A DNA stretch of 63,390 nt, filler included, from Globobulimina sp. (GCA_003354225.1; 40 parts of 40 records of this genome joined end to end with filler, not necessarily neighbours in it), one strand, 5' to 3'. Shown: positions 25,417 through 37,888, counted from the whole stretch's first letter. Program-made: numbers and translations. The notes: generated by a model from the sequence alone, not told the origin.

Positions 25417-26775
25417 GCCTCTTTCCGCAGAAACGGTACGCTTTTGTGACATTTTGTAAACAAAAAGGAACGAACAAGCAAACACAGTCAACACAAACGA
25501 AATCATAGTCAACAGAAACAAATATTTGGAATGGGTATGGATATGGAGTTGGAATGGAGTTGGAATGGATATGTATTTTTAATGCATTAGAAAATAGTTT
25601 AAATGATATGGAACGCGTATAATAATAACAATTATCAAAATGAACTACAAAAATAAATTGATGAGCCTTTTCCTGCATTTAATTGGGAAGCTGATATAGA
25701 ACGCGATTTTTGTTACACACAAAGCAATGATACGCTTCAATTAACACCATTCAATCAATTATTTTATACAAATCAGCAGAAAAATGTAAATCTTCATTAC
25801 AATCAAATCCAGAACAATATGCAAGTCATAAACAAAATAGTCTACAATTAATCAAGCAACCAAATGATAAAATGTTCGAATGTACTCAACCGACCTCTCC
25901 ATCAGATGCAATATGTAAATCAGTATTAACTCCATTATCATTAATACATGGCCCTCCCGACACTGGTAAGACAACCACCTGTGCTCATTTAGTAAATGCT
26001 ATCATATTAACAAAAATGTGCACTTATGCTATATTACGGTTAGGTGATAAAGAGAAATGTTCCAAGAAGTTAAGAAAATTTTGCCTGGAACAACGACTGA
26101 AAGCATATCCAATCAAGACGGAGAGTGAAAAAACTGCTGCGATTGAACACATTTTGAGTGAAACATTAGTAGTGGTTGGTACTGTTTATTCTGTCATCTC
26201 GCGTGAGGTGTTTAATTGGTCTGTTATATAGACTAAAAAGTGTTTAATTGGTTGGTGGATGAATGGGTCCCGTATTAAATATAGCGGTCAATATACTGGA
26301 ACAAAGTGCTGGTTCTCACTTGGTACTGGTTGGAGATCATAAACAGTTACCACCGGTTATTAAATCTAATAGCATCCAACAACGTGGATATAAAACAGTG
26401 TTTGAAACATCGGTGGAACAAATTAAAACTGATCGTAACCACTGTCAATATTACAGTTTGTTGAATGTTTAATATATATCGAATGGCACAGTCTTTGATA
26501 CACTTTTCTAATCAGGAATGGTATGATAATAAAATTGAATCATATCAGAAAGATGTCGACTTTAATGATGCGAAATTGTTATGTTTGCAGGATAAGATAT
26601 TGAATAAAATTAACAAGTCAAATGCTGTGACAATATATTCCAACTCCATATCCATACCCATTCCAAATATTTGTTTCTGTTGACTATGATTTCGTTTGTG
26701 TTGACTGTGTTTGCTTGTTCGTTCCTTTTTGTTTACAAAAGGTCACAAAATCGTACCGTTTCTGTGGAAAGAGCC
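25417..26775. mobile_element. 1.36-kb TIR element (family B) with 139-bp TIRs and AT on both sides
   Basis: 25417-25555 is the reverse complement of 26637-26775 with few mismatches; AT at 25415-25416 and 26776-26777. Confidence 0.85.
25872..26620 (+). pseudogene. UPF1/DNA2/NAM7-like SF1 helicase fragment inside the TIR element
   Basis: LSLIHGPPDTGKTT (Walker A, G>D), LVDE, LVLVGDHKQLPPVI, LNV-x-YRM, FSNQEWYDNKI; stops and frameshifts present. Confidence 0.85.
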
Positions 26776-26796
26776 ATATCATTCGCAGAATCGCCG

Positions 26797-26895
26797 AGAA
26801 AGTAAAACAAATTGAATACGTAGTTTTATTCCAAAAAATGACCATACAGTGAATTTGGTATCATCATAATAATAGAAACTAATATATGTTTTCGG
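26797..26895 (-). repeat. Dispersed repeat family C, copy 1
   Basis: ~99 bp identical to the reverse complement of 55614-55712. Confidence 0.88.
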
Positions 26896-26995
26896 NNNNN
26901 NNNNNNNNNNNNNNNNNNNNNNNNNNNNNNNNNNNNNNNTTAATTAATTAANNNNNNNNNNNNNNNNNNNNNNNNNNNNNNNNNNNNNNNNNNNN

Positions 26996-27318
26996 CCAGA
27001 GATTGGACAATAACTATCATGCTCATCATAATCAAATGCTGATTGTGCATCATTATTAAAATATGCATTGCACCAATTACAATCGACGCATTCTGGCATA
27101 CAATATGAGAGATCAAAACGTATATCTTTACCAATATTACTATACAACTTTGGATTTAATGATATATAATAACAATCACAACAAAATTCTTTGTATTCAT
27201 TTATTTCCTCAATATTTCTGTTATTTGCAAACAATACCAACATACCAATGCTTATATATCTTGCGATATTCCATACACTATATATACTCACTATTTTACA
27301 TCCATTCGCTTGCTTCAT
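26996..27318 (-). CDS. Cys-rich membrane/secreted protein, N-terminal part
   Basis: Open to the contig end; hydrophobic stretch followed by FCCDCYY, CMPECVDCNWC. Confidence 0.45.
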
Positions 27319-27379
27319 ACTCAAAAAAACGGTTAGTTCACTAACGCTTTTTCCGCAATTCTTGTAAGTCATTTTGCAG

Positions 27380-28429
27380 ATGCTTGCACTTTCCGCAATT
27401 CTTGTGCAAATATTGTATTGTAATGGCATTGTGGAACCACATCCAGAATTAAATGGTGGTGAGTATAAAAATAATTCGTACTTATCACAATATTCACCGG
27501 ATCCGATTATTAATTATGTCTGGAATCTAACATCAATTAATGCATCAACATTACAAATATATAATGTCACAGCAAAATATGCCTATACAGACCATGGAGG
27601 ATCATTTAACAATTTAGAGTCAATTTACATGACACCTAATAACATCAATGTTGTTGTATATGGTCCAGGTAATATCACAATTGATTTCGGACAGGAAAAT
27701 GCCGCATGGTTTGAAATTGATTCAAAGAATTGTGACGATAACGGATTAACAATGTCCATATCTGAATATAATGAGCCAGGTTATACCGGAAATGACAATT
27801 ACCCAAAGACTTTGCCACCAAACAAATATACACAAAATGGTATTACTACCTATCGATTGGAAACAAACTCTAAACTGTACGATGGTGTTCGTTATGGATT
27901 TATTCACGTTTCATCTCTAACAAATAAAGCATGGAACATTATCGGTTTGCGAGCTGTATCACAGATTAAGCCAACAAATTATATCGCTTCTTTACAATCT
28001 TTTCAATATCCAATGTTAAATAAAATATGGTATGCTGCGGCATATTGTGTTAAAATGAATATGTTACCAAATGGATTTGGCGCAATTTTGATGGACAGAG
28101 GGGATAGAATTGCATGGATTGGCGACAACCACATCTCACAAAGAGTTGCAACGTATGCGTTTGGTGCATTTGATTATGTGAAACAAAGTATTATTCAAAC
28201 AGCTGATGAATCAAATAATATATTATCATACTCATTATATTGGGTCGCATCCGTTTATGATTTTTATATGCAAACCAATGACACATTATTACTAAAAACT
28301 GTACAACAAGAAATAATCAATAAATTAAATCAATCCATATCATTGTTTGGGACAAATCCATCGTTGAGGTATATAACTACATCATTTCAAGATATTTTGT
28401 TTATCCCCTTGGGAAAAGCGATTTTTTGA
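27380..28429 (+). CDS. Secreted GH78 alpha-L-rhamnosidase-like glycoside hydrolase, N-terminal part
   Basis: Signal peptide, IDFGQE, DGVRYGFI, LNKIWYAAAY, MDRGDRIAWIGD. Confidence 0.7.
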   Translation: MLALSAILVQILYCNGIVEPHPELNGGEYKNNSYLSQYSPDPIINYVWNLTSINASTLQIYNVTAKYAYTDHGGSFNNLESIYMTPNNINVVVYGPGNITIDFGQENAAWFEIDSKNCDDNGLTMSISEYNEPGYTGNDNYPKTLPPNKYTQNGITTYRLETNSKLYDGVRYGFIHVSSLTNKAWNIIGLRAVSQIKPTNYIASLQSFQYPMLNKIWYAAAYCVKMNMLPNGFGAILMDRGDRIAWIGDNHISQRVATYAFGAFDYVKQSIIQTADESNNILSYSLYWVASVYDFYMQTNDTLLLKTVQQEIINKLNQSISLFGTNPSLRYITTSFQDILFIPLGKAIF

Positions 28430-28468
28430 GCTTCCCATGGGTTTTGTTTACTTAATATGGAGCTAGTT
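28421..28468 (+). repeat. Short dispersed repeat family F (also 32021-32068; core at 33015)
   Basis: GAGCTTCCCATG.GTTTTGTTTACTTAATATGGA is shared between two contigs. Confidence 0.7.
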
Positions 28469-28915
28469 GGATTTATTTGGAANNNNNNNNNNNNNNNNNN
28501 NNNNNNNNNNNNNNNNNNNNNNNNNNTTAATTAATTAANNNNNNNNNNNNNNNNNNNNNNNNNNNNNNNNNNNNNNNNNNNNATACAACAACAAATTAAA
28601 AAACGAGTTAAGTTTCCTATTACATGTTAATTGTATACAAATTTTAGAATATATATATATATTAACAATTAATTAGAACTCAGAAGACGAGGAATTAGCT
28701 ATAAAATTATACCAGAAACTCAACAAAAACAATGACAATGACACAAATAATACAAATGATTTAGACATTGCTAAGAAATTAAAGGATGAATTAGAAGCAC
28801 AAGAACTTGCTATAAAACACAACAGACTCAAAAGTGTTAAGTGTGTGTACGTAGTGATTGTATACCGTGTAATATATAAATATAATAATTTATTTAGGAG
28901 CAATCGGATGAATTA

Positions 28916-29638
28916 ATGGCAGAACGTTTGCAAATTTCGCATGAAAAACAATTATTGAAAATGGAGAGAGAGAAAATGGAGAATGAGAGGGCTGCGCTAT
29001 TGCTTCAAGCAAAGGAAGAATGTGAAAATGCAAAATATTTAGAAAGAAAAAAAGAACAGCAACAGCGGGAGAAAAAAGACGAAGAATTTGCAATGCAATT
29101 ACAGAGTCAACAAGAAATGAACGAAAAAAAAGTTACTGATTTATTTCAAGAGTCATTACAAAATTCACGTTCAATTGTAGAGATTGAGGATATTTCTGGT
29201 AATGATAAGGATGAAATTTATGAGAAAATATTATCAGAGAAATTAAAAAATAATAAAAAAATAAATCGAGATGGAATGGAGAGATATCTGTGGCATGGAA
29301 CTAAGAATTTGGATAATTTGGAACTTATTATAAAGAATGGCTTTGATCGATCATATAACAGCGCCGCCGCCTTCGGTAAAGGTACTTATTTTGCCCGTGA
29401 TGCGGCATATTCTGTGGGTGGTTATTGCGGTGTGGATAGTAACGGAATATATTACATATTACTATGTAAGGTAATTGTCGGTGATTATACGGTTGGCACG
29501 CAACAGACACTCGCAATACCAAAGAAACAGGATGGTTCGGAATATGATTCATTGGTCAATAATATGGCTAATCCCTCGATCTTTGTAATATGGAGAGATT
29601 ATCATGCATGCCCTGCCTATTTAGTTAAATTTAAATGA
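28916..29638 (+). CDS. Coiled-coil + PARP catalytic domain (H-Y-I, mono-ADP-ribosyltransferase type); further exon(s) upstream
   Basis: ERYLWHGT, FGKGTYFARDAAYS, LLCKVIVGDY, YDSLVNN..NPSIFVIW, CPAYLVKF. Confidence 0.88.
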   Translation: MAERLQISHEKQLLKMEREKMENERAALLLQAKEECENAKYLERKKEQQQREKKDEEFAMQLQSQQEMNEKKVTDLFQESLQNSRSIVEIEDISGNDKDEIYEKILSEKLKNNKKINRDGMERYLWHGTKNLDNLELIIKNGFDRSYNSAAAFGKGTYFARDAAYSVGGYCGVDSNGIYYILLCKVIVGDYTVGTQQTLAIPKKQDGSEYDSLVNNMANPSIFVIWRDYHACPAYLVKFK

Positions 29639-30331
29639 TGTTACACTGCCTATTTCCGTTTATTTCAATATTTTGAGCATATTTTTAATTTTCTTGATTC
29701 GTTACTAAGTACGTTGCAAATTTCTGAATCTCACGCTGTACAATTATTAATTAATCAAACACACAGTTTATAATAATTATAACACGCACAATAAAAAATA
29801 TATAACAATTAATCGTTATCATTATTTGGAGGCAAATTTACAGCAATTTCTGGATGTGGTGATGCTTCTTTTTGTTCATCATCATCATCATTTATATCAT
29901 ACTTATTATCATTATCATCATCATATGCGGCTCTGTTGGCTCCTCTTTTATTTTGTTGAGTTGTAACCAATGCTTGATTCTGTGCTTTAATTTTGTGATT
30001 TACATTTTTCATTTCCTCAATAATTTGTCGACATTTTTTTTTAACTCGTTTAATATTTATATTGTTGATNNNNNNNNNNNNNNNNNNNNNNNNNNNNNNN
30101 NNNNNNNNNNNNNTTAATTAATTAANNNNNNNNNNNNNNNNNNNNNNNNNNNNNNNNNNNNNNNNNNNNTATTTTCTATATGTATTAATAATATGATTCC
30201 CATCGCACAAAGACATACAACAAATGGCTTGGAACAAGATTTATGCTCATTAGACTCGACTGCATTTTATAATTTTAGCCGCTTTGTATTGAAAAATGGT
30301 GAACATACATTACATGGTATAAATAATAAAT

Positions 30332-31558
30332 GTGTCTGTCTCTGCTGCCAATCTGTTGTATGTTGACACTATGCACATAACACAAAAAAGGGGCGGTGAT
30401 ATCAAAGCTTTCCTCGGTTTTACCACTCCAAATCCAGCCTATTTTGCGTGGAGCAACGAAGATTTTTACGCAGCGTTGGCCTCCAACAACGGTACCAACG
30501 CAATGACCAATTTCCGCTCCACATGGTACGAACAACGCGATTGGGGCATTTCGAATGCATTGGAAGCATTATCACTGTCCAGCAATTCTGCAGATTTGCA
30601 ATTGTATGAAAACATCACAGCAGAAATGGATTCCATTACAAATGTGACATCTCCATTTTCAATCAACTCAAAAGATTGGCGATTGGCGGATATTAGCAAT
30701 GGCTTCACAGTCAAATCGTTGTTCAGCGGACAGACTTTTGACATTAGCTTCGATGGAGTCAGTGGTGCTTTGTCGCGACTTTATGACATTGAAAAGAAAG
30801 TAAATTATGCCTCCTCTGACAATTTAATCGGAGAGTTTGTGTACCAAACCATGACTGAGTCGGACTTTGATACTTTTATGAATAACTATGCCATCATTTT
30901 GCCGCCGCCCTGGTGGATGCAAGGCGATTTTGGCAAAAACGGCTTGGATGAGCATGCTCGTCCGAGTCATCAATATCTTACTGCTTCCTTCAAAAATCTA
31001 TACCAGTCTGGCTTTGATAGCAATGAGTTTTTGGTGGAGATGGACTTTGGAGCAAAGCAAGCAGCGTTGTCTGCGTTGTACGGAGTGCCGGAGACAGTTT
31101 TTAACTTTGTGTCGTTTAACAGTAAGACTTCGACATTATCGATGAGTGTGACCTGGTTAAATAAGAGCATGACCCGCATTCCCGAGGACATATATTTTAG
31201 AATGAATCCCAAGGATTGCAGTGGTTGGCAAGTGGAGAAATTTGGGGAGTTTGTTGGATTAAAAAATATTGTACAAAATGGTTCGGCACACATGCATAAT
31301 GTGGTTGGTACCGCATATTGTCAACAAAGTGATGGCTCACAATTCAATATCAGACCGATTGACAGCGGTTTAGCGGTGTTTATGGCTAAGGGAAGCAGTG
31401 AGTTTTCGCCCTTTCCAACACCAATGGTGGAAGCCAGTGATACTGATGGAATCGGATTTGTTTTGTATGACAATACCTGGGGTACTAATTATCCTGTTTA
31501 TTGGCCATTTGATGCATCGGATTTAAATACGACCTATAGATTTGATATAATGCTGTAA
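30332..31558 (+). CDS. DUF5054-like (glycoside hydrolase-related) protein, C-terminal part
   Basis: WYEQRDW, DFGKNGL, NKSMTRIPE, LYDNTWGTNYPVYW. Confidence 0.65.
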   Translation: MSVSAANLLYVDTMHITQKRGGDIKAFLGFTTPNPAYFAWSNEDFYAALASNNGTNAMTNFRSTWYEQRDWGISNALEALSLSSNSADLQLYENITAEMDSITNVTSPFSINSKDWRLADISNGFTVKSLFSGQTFDISFDGVSGALSRLYDIEKKVNYASSDNLIGEFVYQTMTESDFDTFMNNYAIILPPPWWMQGDFGKNGLDEHARPSHQYLTASFKNLYQSGFDSNEFLVEMDFGAKQAALSALYGVPETVFNFVSFNSKTSTLSMSVTWLNKSMTRIPEDIYFRMNPKDCSGWQVEKFGEFVGLKNIVQNGSAHMHNVVGTAYCQQSDGSQFNIRPIDSGLAVFMAKGSSEFSPFPTPMVEASDTDGIGFVLYDNTWGTNYPVYWPFDASDLNTTYRFDIML

Positions 31559-32844
31559 ATTTACACTTTTTTTACTATAAATAAATTGAGTTAGAACTAC
31601 ACAGTTGCATTGAATTTGTGCAGCAGCGCCGAAGAAGCATGTAAACTTTTTTTTTTNNNNNNNNNNNNNNNNNNNNNNNNNNNNNNNNNNNNNNNNNNNN
31701 TTAATTAATTAANNNNNNNNNNNNNNNNNNNNNNNNNNNNNNNNNNNNNNNNNNNNGAATGGCAAATGTCAGTGGCAGTAATAAGTTTTATTAGTTTTTA
31801 TACATTTTGTGTATGGTACGCTGCCAGTAAATGTTTGGTGGAGCTGTCAGCTGAGGAACTAGAAAAAATAAAACCAGAATGCACCAAGCTTTTGCGCTCG
31901 ATGGGCGCATTCAGTTTAGTGGAGTTGCAAAAATGATACATTTGGAAAACATTAACATTGACATTATTCCTGGAATATGCTGCTATTTTTAATGAATGGA
32001 CCATTGTTGGCAATAAATGGTTTTTCGAGCTTCCCATGTGTTTTGTTTACTTAATATGGAACTACTTTAGAATAGGACCTGTTTGAAACACTGCGTTTTT
32101 GAAAAATTTTAAAACATATGGAGAGGTCATCACCATCTCCTAACAAAATGACTTTGTGAATTTGCGGATTTTAGATCTAAATAATTGACTAACGTGTTTT
32201 TTTTTTTTAAATGACACAAACAGTTTTTCGTTCGTCTGTTGGATAGGGAGGACCAACCACATTGCTCACATCGGTTCCGCTATTTGGTACAGTTGAACCA
32301 CCACGGTCCAACACCGTGTTATCCTCACCAACGCAAAAGCAACTGGGTCGCCACGTGTGGGTCATCAACGGCAAAATTACAAGGAACAGAAACAGTAAAA
32401 GAAATTGCCTGACCAACTTGAAAAAGCATTTTGCGGAGCTGTATATATAGTTTCCGGCGGAAAAAAAAATTGTTCCGCCCTTGTAAAAATTGTTCCGCAA
32501 AATCACAACTTTGCACTTTGACTTTTCCGCTATGATTGTTCCATAAAACATAGCAAAAACTCCGCAACTATGTTCCGCAAAAATAGTGCCTGAATAATTC
32601 CACCAAATTGGATATAATACGATCCACACAAGAGAGTAACACAGTTTTATTTTAAAACAATACGTTCGTCTAATAACTCACAGTCACTCACTGTAAGCTA
32701 CAAAATGTCTGGTAATGATCCATCATTATGAATTCATTACGAAGTGGCAATTGGCAGAGATTTCGCGCATAAAGAAACGCAATGGATAATAAAGGTATCA
32801 ATTTATCATGAAGCTAGACAAAAAAATGGATTCCATACTGTCGT

Positions 32845-32912
32845 CTCGGCCTAGCTCAAGCAGAGCACTCGATGCGTCCAGAGATTCAGGTTCAAATCCT
32901 GAGGCTACGCCA
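32845..32912 (+). tRNA. tRNA-like element / pseudo-tRNA (possible SINE head)
   Basis: TAGCTC-AAGCA-GAGC D-arm, perfect T-arm TCAGG-TTCAAAT-CCTGA, partial acceptor pairing, ends CCA; the anticodon arm is defective. Confidence 0.55.
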
Positions 32913-33424
32913 ACGGCCAACCAAATACAAGCAATGGAATTAATGAATTGAATTGAATGGGAATAGAATCGGGATAAATTGGAAGGAAAATATGTTAAAA
33001 ATGTAATGTTAAAAGAGCTTCCCATCTAGTGAATTGATTGGATTCTTAGTGAACATTTTAAGGTTTTTCATATAATGTTAAAAACGAAAACTTTACTTTA
33101 ATCGTTTAGATTTCTAAAAAACATGCCCGTAAGCATAATAAATATACCTTATAATTAACATTTCATATTTCATCATTAAAAAATGTTTTTAACATTATTA
33201 ATAAAATGTTATCTTTTAACATTTTATTTATACAGGGTTAAATNNNNNNNNNNNNNNNNNNNNNNNNNNNNNNNNNNNNNNNNNNNNTTAATTAATTAAN
33301 NNNNNNNNNNNNNNNNNNNNNNNNNNNNNNNNNNNNNNNNNNNGTTATATAATATTAATGCTTATTATATACAAAATATTAACATAGTAATATAAATATA
33401 AAAAGAGAAAAGCTACCTATCATT

Positions 33425-34610
33425 TTAATTTATTTTGTACCATTCACATTTTTTTATCGCTAATAAATCGCTGCGCTTTTCTTCATATTGAAAAAATAGT
33501 TGAAACAATGCAACTAACTCTTTGTTGACATAATGCGACCGATTCGCCGAAGATAATGATGCAACAATTCCGGCATAGCCATCAATCATAATATGATTAA
33601 ATGATTCACATTTTGTGCTAGCTTTTGTCCACGGCTTCTTACCAACAATCAAGAGCCATAAACAAATTCCTAAGCACCAAATCTGTCACAAAAATGGTGA
33701 AAACAACAAACGCAAACAACAATTAACGCAAATCATACATCATTTTTTTGTGCATCAAATTTCTGTTTGTTTGTAATTTCTGGTGACTTATAACCCGGTT
33801 TGCCGCAAAATTTTGAACTCAACAAAGAGGCGTTTTCCTTAAATAAGTGAGCCAATCTGTGATATTAAACGTGGTGCAATATGTTTTAAGATGGGTTTCA
33901 TTCACAAATATGAACATACCCAAAGTCACATAGTTTGATTTGTATATTGCTGCACGGAAATTGTACTCGAACACCATTTGAAGCGAATTGTATATTTTCA
34001 CCAACATCATTAATCAAGAAATTTTCGAGTGAAATATCAAAATGATAGACATTGTGCCTATGAATATACTCAATGCATTCGATCATTTGCTTAAATATTA
34101 CCTTTACTGCTTTGTGCCACTCACATATTGATATTAACCCTTTTGATATAAACGCATGAATTCTGACTGCAAAATCAAACAATGATTCTCCGCCATATTC
34201 CATTACCAAATAATAATTGTGGTTACTGAAAGGTTTACCTTTTGGATGGAATTTGGAAATGTATGAATGCACATTGTATACCTTTGAAATGAATGGATAT
34301 ATTTCACAATAGAGTCTGGACAGTCTTTCCCAGTGACACCATATGTTAAATATTTTTGAATCTCTGTTTCGGAGACTATATTTTCCATCGACGTGTGTTT
34401 AATCCCTCTGATTACAGCAACAGACTCCGAATGTAATCTTTTATCTGCTACTTTCACCACAATGTTGTCAGTTGCGAATTGGTGTTTTGTTTTCCATATA
34501 CTGCCTTGAAGTGTATCAACAACCTTGGAGGGATTAACAAATCCAACAGAAATTAAGGTGCCTTTGATTTTGTTTTTGCAGTTTGTTGGTGATTTCCACT
34601 TTGCTTTCAT
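33425..34610 (-). CDS. Ser/Thr kinase of the HxDISLEN type, several short introns
   Basis: TLQGSIW, VVKV, LVMEYGG, YHFDISLENFL, IKLCDFG, CGKPGYKSPE, IWCLGI. Confidence 0.85.
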
Positions 34611-34930
34611 TGCTATGATGTTTATGATCTATAATAAATAAAATTAATGATTGATGTTTTTCTATTTGGACTGCTCTAAGGTTAGTTATCTTGTATTATC
34701 AAAAATGCAAAACAAGCTACAAAGTAATCACATATAAATCAGTATGTTGGATGGAGATGGCATATTTTAACGATTTTCTGGTATATTAAGTATTCTGCTG
34801 ATTTCTTCATCAGTCAAACCAATGTAATCANNNNNNNNNNNNNNNNNNNNNNNNNNNNNNNNNNNNNNNNNNNNTTAATTAATTAANNNNNNNNNNNNNN
34901 NNNNNNNNNNNNNNNNNNNNNNNNNNNNNN

Positions 34931-35352
34931 ATTTATTGTATGTGATTTTGACAAACTGCAATGAAACATATACAGTCATTGCATTATGGTCAAACTGGTG
35001 GTGGTCCATTATTATTAGACCCAAATGCCACCGTTTCATCACTCAAAACACCGACATCAGATAGAAACATTTGGTGATTTGGCCCAAATGCATAGAAACA
35101 ACAAAAAAGAAATAATAACAATACCGACATGGTATTGTTCAATGTTAAGTATTTATTGTATGTGATTTTGACAAACTGCAATGAAACATATACAGTCATT
35201 GCATTATGGTCAAACTGGTGGTGGTCCATTATTATTAGACCCAAATGCCACCGTTTCATCACATCAGATAGAAACACATTGGAATTGGATTTATGACTCA
35301 GAAACACTTTATAGAAATGACTCAGAAACACTTTATAGAAATGACTCAGAAA
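34931..35352. repeat. ~220-bp tandem duplication (34931-35042 = 35151-35262) plus a 24-bp tandem (35293-35352)
   Basis: Identical 112-bp blocks; ATGACTCAGAAACACTTTATAGAA x2.5. Confidence 0.9.
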
Positions 35353-35403
35353 TGTTTATTTTATTAAAAAGTTAAATGTGTTTCTGTTTATTTTGTGTGT
35401 CAT

Positions 35404-36356
35404 TTATAAATAATTTAAATCGTTCTTCACAGATTTTACCAACCGAACCAAATCTTTAATTTTATTTTCAATCTCTTCAATTTTATCTTTAATGCTACCA
35501 CCTCTTCTTCTGCGTTTCTTACTATTTTTACTTTCTTCGTTATTTGTATTGATACTTTTATCCAATGCCATAAATGCTTGACGAGGGACTTCTTTTTTTT
35601 CCACCAAATATTTTTTCTCCCACCAATCTCTTACTGCTTTGCTTGAAAATCTAACTCCGGCATCGACTTTATTTTTTCCTGTCGTCGCCCATATAATTTC
35701 TCCAGGATTAGTTTCATGGTTTTCCATCCAAAATATTTGAGCAGCGTTTTTTTGGGTTTTGACATTATATTGTCCCGAATCTAAACCATACGTCGCATAA
35801 TCTTCAACGAATTCTTTTTTTTGTGAATCTTTATCCCATTGAGCCGTTGTAAAATTTAAAAGACTCCGAACGAGTCTGTTACCAACGTTCCCCTTAAATT
35901 CCGCATTTAAACACAAAGCATGCCATCGGAGTTCGTGCGGACCGGTAATAACGGATTTTATTGTTGCTTGTCCGCATCCGCTTAATCCATTATCAATATC
36001 CATCGAATGCATATTATTATTATTATTATGATTTCGATTAATACCATTGAATACGGTTTGATTTACCATATTATTTGAATTACCATTGATATGTTGATAC
36101 GGTTGTTGGCTTTGATAGTAACTAAACGGAGTTTGTTTGAAAAACAGTAACTTAAAAAACTTAACTTAGGGTGAGGAGCCGGCACATGAGGAAAGATAAT
36201 AGGAAGGTTATTAGCCTCTGCCATACCGCTTCCCCATAAATATCTCTCTAAATTTTTGCAAAGAAACGCACAGTTTTTTGGTTCAAAATTGTACGGCTGT
36301 AAACCACTAATATCATATATAACAACCATAGGCTGGACCTTAATCATTGCCTCCAA
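35404..36356 (-). CDS. Hypothetical protein, probably spliced; basic NLS-like motif and C-terminal coiled coil
   Basis: Two adjacent ORFs with protein-like composition; no family recognised. Confidence 0.45.
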
Positions 36357-36543
36357 TCCAGTTAATACTACGGCTGCATTTGGCGGATATGAGTGATCAC
36401 TCTTATCTTTTTTACATNNNNNNNNNNNNNNNNNNNNNNNNNNNNNNNNNNNNNNNNNNNNTTAATTAATTAANNNNNNNNNNNNNNNNNNNNNNNNNNN
36501 NNNNNNNNNNNNNNNNNAAAAACATAAACTACTCTAAATAACG

Positions 36544-37888
36544 ATGAATAACAATAACACGGCTGATACAAAGCTATCGCCACAACTCGGTAGCAATAAT
36601 AAGCATAATAAGCATAATATATTTGATTCAATAGAAATCCAACCAGCACGAAACAATTTCGGTACCGTAACAAATCATACACGTCCAACTGTTTCCGATT
36701 TATCAATGGGTAATTTAGCCAAACATTTTGATAGTCAGCTATCGCAGTCGCAAAATCAAATGAGCGAAGCCATGCTAGAAGACCAAGAATTGAATGAAAA
36801 TGACCAAGCCATCAAAGACAGCAAAAAAAATAAAAAAAAGAAGGATAAAAAAGCGCCTAAAAAGTTTGGTACCTTTGATGGTGTCTTGGCGCGATGTTTA
36901 TTATGTATATGGGGCGTTATTATGTATTTGCGGACGGGATGGATTGTGGGCAATGCTGGGATATGGCAGACTGGCATCATTATGTTATTAGCATCGTCTG
37001 TTACCTTTTTAACCTCGTTGTCATTATCCGCAATCTGCACAAATGGAGAGGTAAAATCTGGTGGTTACTATTTCCTTATTTCGCGCTCATTGGGTCCTGA
37101 ATTCGGTATATATTTTCCATTATATCTATTTGACAATATATGCATGTGAAAATATTTCAAAATTCAATAAATAGGCGCTGTTATTGCCATCTTATTCGCA
37201 TTTCGTATGTGCTTTGTTGACACCATCTATTTTATATCAATTAATCTGTTTTTCTATACATTTAATAGCGAACTGTATCTCGGTGGCAATGTATCTGGCC
37301 GGTTTCAGTGAAACTATCGTTGCTCAATATTCGCAACCGTTGACTGGTTCTGATAAATGGGACATTGTAATATGGGCAGAAGTTACCTTAATGCTAATTT
37401 TATGCATGGCCCTCCGCGGAGTCAGTGGCATAATAAAGTTTGACATGGTTTTGTTGGTAGTGCTCGTGATCAGTATCATTGTCTATTTCGTGGGCACTTT
37501 TGGTGTCACTGACCCTGACCCGCAAGGCATTGGTTATACTGGATATTCCTCGCAAACTTTCAAGGAAAATTGGAATGCGGCTTACATGGAAGGTGAAAGC
37601 TTCATTTCTGTGTTCAGTGTGTTCTTCCCAGCAGTAACTGGTGAGATGGCGGGAGCAAATATTAGCGGAGATTTACGCAATCCATCCTATGCCATACCAC
37701 ATGGCACTTTGTCCGCAATTATTCTATCCACCATCGTTTATATTGGAATTGCTTTGTCTTTGGGAGGTTGCGTATTGCGTTATGTTGGCGATTCAAACAC
37801 GAAGGGACTGTATCATGACAACCAAATCATGCCAACAATATCTGCTTGGTCTCCCTTAGTAATTGTGGGCATTTTCGCATCGACCTTA
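36544..37888 (+). CDS. Cation-chloride cotransporter (SLC12/CCC), spliced, interrupted at the GIFASTL motif by the family A element
   Basis: [74 protein letters not shown]. Confidence 0.92.

Noticed and set aside
25409-29638. Helicase, GH78 and PARP as a functional gene cluster
   Set aside because: They lie on separate contigs joined by linkers; the order is artificial.
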